Source: Mayamaea pseudoterrestris (Eukaryota). From it: 64,000 nucleotides of DNA. Position numbers and translations under genes: made by a program. Within the stretch, counting starts at the first letter, position 1, and each line of letters begins with the position of its first letter. Positions 1 through 13,100 of this stretch are shown one piece after another. Where the stretch lies: NCBI GenBank assembly GCA_027923505.1, contig BROI01000010.1, positions 992,001-1,056,000 on the forward strand, written 5' to 3'. A model generated the notes under the pieces. It worked only from the letters and a program-made list of their open reading frames with translations. It was not told where the DNA came from and did not search any database.

Positions 1-570
1 AAAACATGTCCAGGGTATGCCATTGACAGGTGCAGAGTCTCAAATGGTGCAATAAGGACTGCCTGGAGGCTGACACCATGGGTACGGCCTCCACGGTGGG
101 TATGGCCAACACCACAAGTTGTCGATTCTGACCTGTCAAACGCCCCATGCCCTGGCCACCCAAATACCCAATGAGTCAGGCCAAACATGTCCAGGGTGTG
201 CCATTGACAGGTGCAGAGTCTCAAATGGTGCAAAACGGACTGCCTGGAGGCTGACACCATGGGTACGGCCTCCACGGTGGGTATGGCCAACACCACAAAT
301 TATGGAATCATACCACTACAATGCCCCATGCCCTGGCCACCCAAAAACCCAATGAGTCAGGCCAAACATGTCCAGGGTATGCCATTGACAGGTGCAGAGT
401 CTCAATGGTGCAAAAAGGACTGCCTGGAGGCTGACACCATGGGTACGGCCTCCACGGTGGGTATGGCCAACACCACAAGTTGTCGATTCTGACCTGTCAA
501 ATGCCCCATGCCCTGGCCACCCAAAAACCCAATGAGTCAGGCAAAACATGTCCAGGGTGTGCCATTGACA
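1..570 (+). repeat. Satellite A (181-bp monomer), end of an array entering from the left
   Basis: Same unit as 60341-64000 (aaaacatgtccagggtatgccattgacaggtgcagagtctcaaatgg...). About 3 monomers, some already carrying Sat-B blocks. Confidence 0.9.
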
Positions 571-1130
571 TGAGGATGGGCTGAAATGGTGCAAAACGGA
601 CTGCCTGGAGGCCTACACCATGGGCCCACAGTGGGTGTGGCCAACACCACAAATTATGGAATCATACCACTCAAATGCCCCGTCCCCTGGCCACCCAAAA
701 ACCCAATGAGTCAGGCAAAACATGTCCAGGGTGTGCCATTGACAGTGCGGGGTCTGACATGGTACAAAACGGACTGCCTGGAGGCTGACAGCATGGGATG
801 GTCTACAAGGTGGGTATGGCCAACACCCCAAATTGTCGAATCATACCACTACATTGCCCCATGCCCTGGCCACCCAACAACCCAATGAGTCAGGCAAAAC
901 ATGTCCAGGGTGTGCCATTGACATGCGGTTGGGCTGAAATGGTGCAAAACGGACTGCCTGGAGGCCTACACCATCTACAAAATGGGTGTGGCCAACACCG
1001 CAAATATGGAATCAACAAAGCCCCGTCCGCAACAACCCAATGAGTCAGCAAAACATGCCAGGGTGCGCAGAGGATGGCATGGCATGGTACAAAACGGACG
1101 CCAGGCCACAGCAGGAATGGCCACAAGATG
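571..1130 (+). repeat. Mosaic Sat-A/Sat-B transition monomers
   Basis: A-type (gctgac, ggtgggtatggcc) and B-type (aattatggaatcataccac, catgaggatggg) diagnostic segments are interleaved. 1000-1110 is degraded with many small deletions. Confidence 0.75.
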
Positions 1131-4100
1131 GGTGTGGCCAACACCCCAAATTATGGAATCATACCACTACAATGCCCCATGCCCTGGCCACCCAACAACC
1201 CAATGAGTCAGGCAAAACATGTCCAGGGTGTGCCATTGACATGAGGATGGGCTGAAATGGTGCAAAACGGACTGCCTGGAGGCCTACACCATCTGCAAAA
1301 TGGGTGTGGCCAACACCGCAAATTATGGAATCATACCACTACAATGCCCCGTCCCCTGATCACCCAACAACCCAATGAGTCATGCAAAACATGTCCAGGG
1401 TGTGCCATTGACATGAGGATGGTCTGACATGGTACAAAACACGGACTGCCTGGAGGCCTACAGCATGGAATGGTCTACAAGATGGGTGTGGCCAACACCC
1501 CAAATTATGGAATCATACCACTACAATGCCCCATGCCCTGGCCACCCAACAACCCAATGAGTCAGGCAAAACATGTCCAGGGTGTGCCATTGACATGAGG
1601 ATGGGCTGAAATGGTGCAAAACGGACTGCCTGGAGGCCTACACCATCTGCAAAATGGGTGTGGCCAACACCGCAAATTATGGAATCATACCACTACAATG
1701 CCCCGTCCCCTGATCACCCAACAACCCAATGAGTCATGCAAAACATGTCCAGGGTGTGCCATTGACATGAGGATGGTCTGACATGGTACAAAACGGACTG
1801 CCTGGAGGCCTACAGCATGGAATGGTCTACAAGATGGGTGTGGCCAACACCCCAAATTATGGAATCATACCACTACAATGCCCCATGCCCTGGCCACCCA
1901 ACAACCCAATGAGTCAGGCAAAACATGTCCAGGGTGTGCCATTGACATGAGGATGGGCTGAAATGGTGCAAAACGGACTGCCTGGAGGCCTACACCATCT
2001 GCAAAATGGGTGTGGCCAACACCGCAAATTATGGAATCATACCACTACAATGCCCCGTCCCCTGATCACCCAACAACCCAATGAGTCATGCAAAACATGT
2101 CCAGGGTGTGCCATTGACATGAGGATGGTCTGACATGGTACAAAACGGACTGCCTGGAGGCCTACAGCATGGAATGGTCTACAAGATGGGTGTGGCCAAC
2201 ACCCCAAATTATGGAATCATACCACTACAATGCCCCATGCCCTGGCCACCCAACAACCCAATGAGTCAGGCAAAACATGTCCAGGGTGTGCCATTGACAT
2301 GAGGATGGGCTGAAATGGTGCAAAACGGACTGCCTGGAGGCCTACACCATCTGCAAAATGGGTGTGGCCAACACCGCAAATTATGGAATCATACCACTAC
2401 AATGCCCCGTCCCCTGATCACCCAACAACCCAATGAGTCATGCAAAACATGTCCAGGGTGTGCCATTGACATGAGGATGGTCTGACATGGTACAAAACGG
2501 ACTGCCTGGAGGCCTACAGCATGGAATGGTCAACAAGATGGGTGTGGCCAACACCCCAAATTATGGAATCATACCACTACAATGCCCCATGCCCTGGCCA
2601 CCCAACAACCCAATGAGTCAGGCAAAACATGTCCAGGGTGTGCCATTGACATGAGGATGGGCTGAAATGGTGCAAAACGGACTGCCTGGAGGCCTACACC
2701 ATCTGCAAAATGGGTGTGGCCAACACCGCAAATTATGGAATCATACCACTACAATGCCCCGTCCCCTGATCACCCAACAACCCAATGAGTCATGCAAAAC
2801 ATGTCCAGGGTGTGCCATTGACATGAGGATGGTCTGACATGGTACAAAACGGACTGCCTGGAGGCCTACAGCATGGAATGGTCTACAAGATGGGTGTGGC
2901 CAACACCCCAAATTATGGAATCATACCACTACAATGCCCCATGCCCTGGCCACCCAACAACCCAATGAGTCAGGCAAAACATGTCCAGGGTGTGCCATTG
3001 ACATGAGGATGGGCTGAAATGGTGCAAAACGGACTGCCTGGAGGCCTACACCATCTGCAAAATGGGTGTGGCCAACACCGCAAATTATGGAATCATACCA
3101 CTACAATGCCCCGCCCCTGATCACCCAACAACCCAATGAGTCATGCAAAACATGTCCAGGGTGTGCCATTGACATGAGGATGGTCTGACATGGTACAAAA
3201 CGGACTGCCTGGAGGCCTACAGCATGGAATGGTCTACAAGATGGGTGTGGCCAACACCCCAAATTATGGAATCATACCACTACAATGCCCCATGCCCTGG
3301 CCACCCAACAACCCAATGAGTCAGGCAAAACATGTCCAGGGTGTGCCATTGACATGAGGATGGGCTGAAATGGTGCAAAACGGACTGCCTGGAGGCCTAC
3401 ACCATCTGCAAATGGGTGTGGCCAACACCGCAAATTATGGAATCATACCACTACAATGCCCCGTCCCCTGATCACCCAACAACCCAATGAGTCATGCAAA
3501 ACATGTCCAGGGTGTGCCATTGACATGAGGATGGTCTGACATGGTACAAAACGGACTGCCTGGAGGCCTACAGCATGGAATGGTCTACAAGATGGGTGTG
3601 GCCAACACCCCAAATTATGGAATCATACCACTACAATGCCCCATGCCCTGGCCACCCAACAACCCAATGAGTCAGGCAAAACATGTCCAGGGTGTGCCAT
3701 TGACATGAGGATGGGCTGAAATGGTGCAAAACGGACTGCCTGGAGGCCTACACCATCTGCAAAATGGGTGTGGCCAACACCGCAAATTATGGAATCATAC
3801 CACTACAATGCCCCGTCCCCTGATCACCCAACAACCCAATGAGTCATGCAAAACATGTCCAGGGTGTGCCATTGACATGAGGATGGTCTGACATGGTAAA
3901 AAAACGGACTGCCTGGAGGCCTACAGCATGGAATGGTCTACAAGATGGGTGTGGCCAACACCCCAAATTATGGAATCATACCACTACAATGCCCCATGCC
4001 CTGGCCACCCAACAACCCAATGAGTCAGGCAAAACATGTCCAGGGTGTGCCATTGACATGAGGATGGGCTGAAATGGTGCAAAACGGACTGCCTGGAGGC

Positions 4101-7100
4101 CTACACCATCTGCAAAATGGGTGTGGCCAACACCGCAAATTATGGAATCATACCACTACAATGCCCCGTCCCCTGATCACCCAACAACCCAATGAGTCAT
4201 GCAAAACATGTCCAGGGTGTGCCATTGACATGAGGATGGTCTGACATGGTACAAAACGGACTGCCTGGAGGCCTACAGCATGGAATGGTCTACAAGATGG
4301 GTGTGGCCAACACCCCAAATTATGGAATCATACCACTACAATGCCCCATGCCCTGGCCACCCAACAACCCAATGAGTCAGGCAAAACATGTCCAGGGTGT
4401 GCCATTGACATGAGGATGGGCTGAAATGGTGCAAAACGGACTGCCTGGAGGCCTACACCATCTGCAAAATGGGTGTGGCCAACACCGCAAATTATGGAAT
4501 CATACCACTACAATGCCCCGTCCCCTGATCACCCAACAACCCAATGAGTCATGCAAAACATGTCCAGGGTGTGCCATTGACATGAGGATGGTCTGACATG
4601 GTACAAAACGGACTGCCTGGAGGCCTACAGCATGGAATGGTCTACAAGATGGGTGTGGCCAACACCCCAAATTATGGAATCATACCACTACAATGCCCCA
4701 TGCCCTGGCCACCCAACAACCCAATGAGTCAGGCAAAACATGTCCAGGGTGTGCCATTGACATGAGGATGGGCTGAAATGGTGCAAAACGGACTGCCTGG
4801 AGGCCTACACCATCTGCAAAATGGGTGTGGCCAACACCGCAAATTATGGAATCATACCACTACAATGCCCCGTCCCCTGATCACCCAACAACCCAATGAG
4901 TCATGCAAAACATGTCCAGGGTGTGCCATTGACATGAGGATGGTCTGACATGGTACAAAACGGACTGCCTGGAGGCCTACAGCATGGAATGGTCTACAAG
5001 ATGGGTGTGGCCAACACCCCAAATTATGGAATCATACCACTACAATGCCCCATGCCCTGGCCACCCAACAACCCAATGAGTCAGGCAAAACATGTCCAGG
5101 GTGTGCCATTGACATGAGGATGGGCTGAAATGGTGCAAAACGGACTGCCTGGAGGCCTACACCATCTGCAAAATGGGTGTGGCCAACACCGCAAATTATG
5201 GAATCATACCACTACAATGCCCCGTCCCCTGATCACCCAACAACCCAATGAGTCATGCAAAACATGTCCAGGGTGTGCCATTGACATGAGGATGGTCTGA
5301 CATGGTACAAAACGGACTGCCTGGAGGCCTACAGCATGGAATGGTCTACAAGATGGGTGTGGCCAACACCCCAAATTATGGAATCATACCACTACAATGC
5401 CCCATGCCCTGGCCACCCAACAACCCAATGAGTCAGGCAAAACATGTCCAGGGTGTGCCATTGACATGAGGATGGGCTGAAATGGTGCAAAACGGACTGC
5501 CTGGAGGCCTACACCATCTGCAAAATGGGTGTGGCCAACACCGCAAATTATGGAATCATACCACTACAATGCCCCGTCCCCCTATCACCCAACAACCCAA
5601 TGAGTCATGCAAAACATGTCCAGGGTGTGCCATTGACATGAGGATGGTCTGACATGGTACAAAACGGACTGCCTGGAGGCCTACAGCATGGAATGGTCTA
5701 CAAGATGGGTGTGGCCAACACCCCAAATTATGGAATCATACCACTACAATGCCCCATGCCCTGGCCACCCAACAACCCAATGAGTCAGGCAAAACATGTC
5801 CAGGGTGTGCCATTGACATGAGGATGGGCTGAAATGGTGCAAAACGGACTGCCTGGAGGCCTACACCATCTGCAAAATGGGTGTGGCCAACACCGCAAAT
5901 TATGGAATCATACCACTACAATGCCCCGCCCCCTGATCACCCAACAACCCAATGAGTCATGCAAAACATGTCCAGGGTGTGCCATTGACATGAGGATGGT
6001 CTGACATGGTACAAAACGGACTGCCTGGAGGCCTACAGCATGGAATGGTCTACAAGATGGGTGTGGCCAACACCCCAAATTATGGAATCATACCACTACA
6101 ATGCCCCATGCCCTGGCCACCCAACAACCCAATGAGTCAGGCAAAACATGTCCAGGGTGTGCCATTGACATGAGGATGGGCTGAAATGGTGCAAAACGGA
6201 CTGCCTGGAGGCCTACACCATCTGCAAAATGGGTGTGGCCAACACCGCAAATTATGGAATCATACCACTACAATGCCCCATTCCCTGATCACCCAACAAC
6301 CCAATGAGTCATGCAAAACATGTCCAGGGTGTGCCATTGACATGAGGATGGTCTGACATGGTACAAAACGGACTGCCTGGAGGCCTACAGCATGGAATGG
6401 TCTACAAGATGGGTGTGGCCAACACCCCAAATTATGGAATCATACCACTACAATGCCCCATGCCCTGGCCACCCAACAACCCAATGAGTCAGGCAAAACA
6501 TGTCCAGGGTGTGCCATTGACATGAGGATGGGCTGAAATGGTGCAAAACGGACTGCCTGGAGGCCTACACCATCTGCAAAATGGGTGTGGCCAACACCGC
6601 AAATTATGGAATCATACCACTACAATGCCCCGCCCCTGATCACCCAACAACCCAATGAGTCATGCAAAACATGTCCAGGGTGTGCCATTGACATGAGGAT
6701 GGTCTGACATGGTACAAAACGGACTGCCTGGAGGCCTACAGCATGGAATGGTCTACAAGATGGGTGTGGCCAACACCCCAAATTATGGAATCATACCACT
6801 ACAATGCCCCATGCCCTGGCCACCCAACAACCCAATGAGTCAGGCAAAACATGTCCAGGGTGTGCCATTGACATGAGGATGGGCTGAAATGGTGCAAAAC
6901 GGACTGCCTGGAGGCCTACACCATCTGCAAAATGGGTGTGGCCAACACCGCAAATTATGGAATCATACCACTACAATGCCCCGCCCCCTGATCACCCAAC
7001 AACCCAATGAGTCATGCAAAACATGTCCAGGGTGTGCCATTGACATGAGGATGGTCTGACATGGTACAAAACGGACTGCCTGGAGGCCTACAGCATGGAA

Positions 7101-10100
7101 TGGTCTACAAGATGGGTGTGGCCAACACCCCAAATTATGGAATCATACCACTACAATGCCCCATGCCCTGGCCACCCAACAACCCAATGAGTCAGGCAAA
7201 ACATGTCCAGGGTGTGCCATTGACATGAGGATGGGCTGAAATGGTGCAAAACGGACTGCCTGGAGGCCTACACCATCTGCAAAATGGGTGTGGCCAACAC
7301 CGCAAATTATGGAATCATACCACTACAATGCCCCGTCCCCTGATCACCCAACAACCAATGAGTCATGCAAAACATGTCCAGGGTGTGCCATTGACATGAG
7401 GATGGTCTGACATGGTACAAAACGGACTGCCTGGAGGCCTACAGCATGGAATGGTCTACAAGATGGGTGTGGCCAACACCCCAAATTATGGAATCATACC
7501 ACTACAATGCCCCATGCCCTGGCCACCCAACAACCCAATGAGTCAGGCAAAACATGTCCAGGGTGTGCCATTGACATGAGGATGGGCTGAAATGGTGCAA
7601 AACGGACTGCCTGGAGGCCTACACCATCTGCAAAATGGGTGTGGCCAACACCGCAAATTATGGAATCATACCACTACAATGCCCCGCCCCCTGATCACCC
7701 AACAACCCAATGAGTCATGCAAAACATGTCCAGGGTGTGCCATTGACATGAGGATGGTCTGACATGGTACAAAACGGACTGCCTGGAGGCCTACAGCATG
7801 GAATGGTCTACAAGATGGGTGTGGCCAACACCCCAAATTATGGAATCATACCACTACAATGCCCCATGCCCTGGCCACCCAACAACCCAATGAGTCAGGC
7901 AAAACATGTCCAGGGTGTGCCATTGACATGAGGATGGGCTGAAATGGTGCAAAACGGACTGCCTGGAGGCCTACACCATCTGCAAAATGGGTGTGGCCAA
8001 CACCGCAAATTATGGAATCATACCACTACAATGCCCCGTCCCCTGATCACCCAACAACCCAATGAGTCATGCAAAACATGTCCAGGGTGTGCCATTGACA
8101 TGAGGATGGTCTGACATGGTACAAAACGGACTGCCTGGAGGCCTACAGCATGGAATGGTCTACAAGATGGGTGTGGCCAACACCCCAAATTATGGAATCA
8201 TACCACTACAATGCCCCATGCCCTGGCCACCCAACAACCCAATGAGTCAGGCAAAACATGTCCAGGGTGTGCCATTGACATGAGGATGGGCTGAAATGGT
8301 GCAAAACGGACTGCCTGAGGCCTACACCATCTGCAAAATGGGTGTGGCCAACACCGCAAATTATGGAATCATACCACTACAATGCCCCGCCCCCTGATCA
8401 CCCAACAACCCAATGAGTCATGCAAAACATGTCCAGGGTGTGCCATTGACATGAGGATGGTCTGACATGGTACAAAACGGACTGCCTGGAGGCCTACAGC
8501 ATGGAATGGTCTACAAGATGGGTGTGGCCAACACCCCAAAAATGGGCACACACCACTACAACGCCCCATGCCCTGGCCACCCAACAACCCAATGAGTCAG
8601 GCAAAACATGTCCAGGGTGTGCCATTGACATGAGGATGGGCTGAAATGGTGCAAAACGGACTGCCTGGAGGCCTACACCATCTGCAAAATGGGTGTGGCC
8701 AACACCGCAAATTATGGAATCATACCACTACAATGCCCCGTCCCCTGATCACCCAACAACCCAATGAGTCATGCAAAACATGTCCAGGGTGTGCCATTGA
8801 CATGAGGATGGTCTGACATGGTACAAAACGGACTACCTGGAGGCCTACAGCATGGAATGGTCTACAAGATGGGTGTGGCCAACACCCCAAATTATGGAAT
8901 CATACCACTACAATGCCCCATGCCCTGGCCACCCAACAACCCAATGAGTCAGGCAAAACATGTCCAGGGTGTGCCATTGACATGAGGATGGGCTGAAATG
9001 GTGCAAAACGGACTGCCTGGAGGCCTACACCATCTGCAAAATGGGTGTGGCCAACACCGCAAATTATGGAATCATACCACTACAATGCCCCGCCCCCTGA
9101 TCACCCAACAACCCAATGAGTCATGCAAAACATGTCCAGGGTGTGCCATTGACATGAGGATGGTCTGACATGGTACAAAACGGACTGCCTGGAGGCCTAC
9201 AGCATGGAATGGTCTACAAGATGGGTGTGGCCAACACCCCAAATTATGGAATCATACCACTACAATGCCCCATGCCCTGGCCACCCAACAACCCAATGAG
9301 TCAGGCAAAACATGTCCAGGGTGTGCCATGGACATGAGGATGGGCTGAAATGGTGCAAAACGGACTGCCTGGAGGCCTACACCATCTGCAAAATGGGTGG
9401 CCAACACCCCAAATTATGGAATCATACCACTACAATGCCCCGTCCCCTGATCACCCAACAACCCAATGAGTCATGCAAAACATGTCCAGGGTGTGCCATT
9501 GACATGAGGATGGTCTAACATGGTACAAAACGGACTGCCTGAGGCCTACAGCATGGAATGGTCTACAAGATGGGTGTGGCCAACACCCCAAATTATGGAA
9601 TCATACCACTACAATGCCCCATGCCCTGGCCACCCAACAACCCAATGAGTCAGGCAAAACATGTCCAGGGTGTGCCATTGACATGAGGATGGGCTGAAAT
9701 GGTGCAAAACGGACTGCCTGGAGGCCTACACCATCTGCAAAATGGGTGTGGCCAACACCGCAAATTTTGGAATCATACCACTACAATGCCCCGTCCCTGA
9801 TCACCCAACAACCCAATTAGTCATGCAAAACATGTCCAGGTGTGCCATTGACATGAGGATGGTCTGACATGGTACAAAACGGACTGCCTGGAGGCCTACA
9901 GCATGGAATGGTCTACAAGATGGGTGTGGCCAACACCCCAAATTATGGAATCATACCACTACAATGCCCCATGCCCTGGCCACCCAACAACCCAATGAGT
10001 CAGGCAAAACATGTCCAGGGTGTGCCATGACATGAGGATGGGCTGAAATGGGGCAAAACGGACTGCCTGGAGGCCCACATCTGCAAAATGGGTGTGGCCA

Positions 10101-13100
10101 ACACCGCAAAATATGGAATCATACCACTACAATGCCCCGTCCCCTGATCACCCAACAACCCAATGAGTCATGCAAAACATGTCCAGGGTGTGCCATTGAC
10201 ATGAGGATGGTCTGACATGGTACAAAACGGACTGCCTGGAGGCCTACAGCTGGGAATGGTCTACAAGATGGGTGTGGCCAACACCCCAAATTATGGAATC
10301 ATACCACTACAATGCCCCATGCCCTGGCCACCCAACAACCCAATGAGTCAGGCAAAACATGTCCAGGGTGTGCCATTGACATGAGATGGGCTGAAATGGT
10401 GCAAAACGGACTGCCTGGAGGCCTACACCATCTGCAAAATGGGTGTGGCCAACACCGCAAATTATGGAATCATACCACTACAATGCCCCGTCCCCTGATC
10501 ACCCAACAACCCAATGAGTCATGCAAAACATGTCCAGGGTGTGCCATTGACATGAGGATGGTCTGACATGGTACAAAACGGACTGCCTGGAGGCCTACAG
10601 CATGGAATGGTCTACAAGATGGGTGTGGCCAACACCCCAAATTATGGAATCATACCACTACAATGCCCCATGCCCTGGCCACCCAACAACCCAATGAGTC
10701 AGGCAAAACATGTCCAGGGTGTGCCATTGACACGCGGATGGGCCGAAATGGTGCAAAACGGACTGCCTGGAGGCCTACACCATCTGCAAAATGGGTGTGG
10801 CCAACACCGCAAATTTTGGAATCATACCACTACAATGCCCCGTCCCCTGATCACCCAACAACCCAATGAGTCATGCAAAACATGTCCAGGGTGTGCCATT
10901 GACATGAGGATGGTCTGACATGGTACAAAACGGACTGCCTGGAGGCCTACAGCATGGAATGGTCCACAAGATGGGTGTGGCCAACACCCCAAATTATGGA
11001 ATCATACCACTACAATGCCCCATGCCCTGGCCACCCAACAACCCAATGAGTCAGGCAAAACATGTCCAGGGTGTGCCATTGACATGAGGATGGGCTGAAA
11101 TGGTGCAAAAGGGACTGCCTGGAGGCCTACACCATCTGCAAAATGGGTGTGGCCAACACCGCAAATTATGGAATCATACCACTACAATGCCCCGTCCCCT
11201 GATCACCCAACAACCAATGAGTCATGCAAAACATGTCCAGGGTGTGCCTGACATGAGGATGGTCTGACATGGTACAAAACGGACTGCCTGGAGGCCTACA
11301 GCATGGAATGGTCTACAAGATGGGTGTGGCCAACACCCCAAATTATGGAATCATACCACTACAATGCCCCCATGCCCTGGCCACCCAACAACCCAATGAG
11401 TCAGGCAAAACATGTCCAGGGTGTGCCATTGACATGAGGATGGGCTGAAATGGTGCAAAACGGACTGCCTGGAGGCCTACACCATCTGCAAAATGGGTGT
11501 GGCCAACACCGCAAATTATGGAATCATACCACTACAAAGCGCGTCGCCCTGAGCACCCAACAACCCAATGAGTCATGCAAAACATGTCCAGGGTGTGCCA
11601 TTGACATGAGGATGGTCTGACATGGTACAAAACGGACTGCCTGGAGGCCTACAGCATGGAATGGCTACAAGATGGGTGTGGCCAACACCCCAAATTATGG
11701 AATCATACCACTACAATGCCCCATGCCCTGGCCACCCAACAACCCAATGAGTCAGGCAAAACATGTCCAGGGTGTGCCATTGACATGAGGATGGGCTGAA
11801 ATGGTGCAAAACGGACTGCCTGGAGGCCTACACCATCTGCAAAATGGGTGTGGCCAACACCGCAAATTATGGAATCATACCACTACAATGCCCTCCCCTG
11901 ATCACCCAACAACCCAATGAGTCATGCAAAACAAGTCCAGGGTGTGCCATTGACATGAGGATGGTCTGACATGGTACAAAACGGACTGCCTGGAGGCCTA
12001 CAGCATGGAATGGTCTACAAGATGGGTGTGGCCAACACCCCAAATTATGGAATCATACCACTACAATGCCCCATGCCCTGGCCACCCAACAACCCAATGA
12101 GTCAGGCAAAACATGTCCAGGGTGTGCCATTGACATGAGGATGGGCTGAAATGGTGCAAAACGGATTGCCTGGAGGCCTACACCATCTGCAAAATGGGTG
12201 TGGCCAACACCGCAAATTATGGAATCATACCACTACAATGCCCCCGCCCCTGATCACCCAACAACCCAATGAGTCATGCAAAACATGTCCAGGGTGTGCC
12301 ATTGACATGAGGATGGTCTGACATGGTACAAAACGGACTGCCTGGAGGCCTACAGCATGGAATGGTCTACAAGATGGGTGTGGCCAACACCCCAAATTAT
12401 GGAATCATACCACTACAATGCCCCATGCCCTGGCCACCCAACAACCAATGAGTCAGGCAAAACATGTCCAGGGTGTGCCATTGACATGAGGATGGGCTGA
12501 AATGGTGCAAAACGGACTGCCTGGAGGCCTACACCATCTGCAAAATGGGTGTGGCCAACACCGCAAATTATGGAATCATACCACTACAATGCCCCGCCCC
12601 CTGATCACCCAACAACCCAATGAGTCATGCAAAACATGTCCAGGGTGTGCCATTGACATGAGGATGGTCTGACATGGTACAAAACGGACTGCCTGGAGGC
12701 CTACAGCATGGAATGGTCTACAAGATGGGTGTGGCCAACACCCCAAATTATGGAATCATACCACTACAATGCCCCATGCCCTGGCCACCCAACAACCCAA
12801 TGAGTCAGGCAAAACATGTCCAGGGTGTGCCATTGACATGAGGATGGGCTGAAATGGTGCAAAACGGACTGCCTGGAGGCCTACACCATCTGCAAAATGG
12901 GTGTGGCCAACACCGCAAATTATGGAATCATACCACTACAATGCCCCGTCCCCTGATCACCCAACAACCCAATGAGTCATGCAAAACATGTCCAGGGTGT
13001 GCCATTGACATGAGGATGGTCTGACATGGTACAAAACGGACTGCCTGGAGGCCTACAGCATGGAATGGTCTACAAGATGGGTGTGGCCAACACCCCAAAT

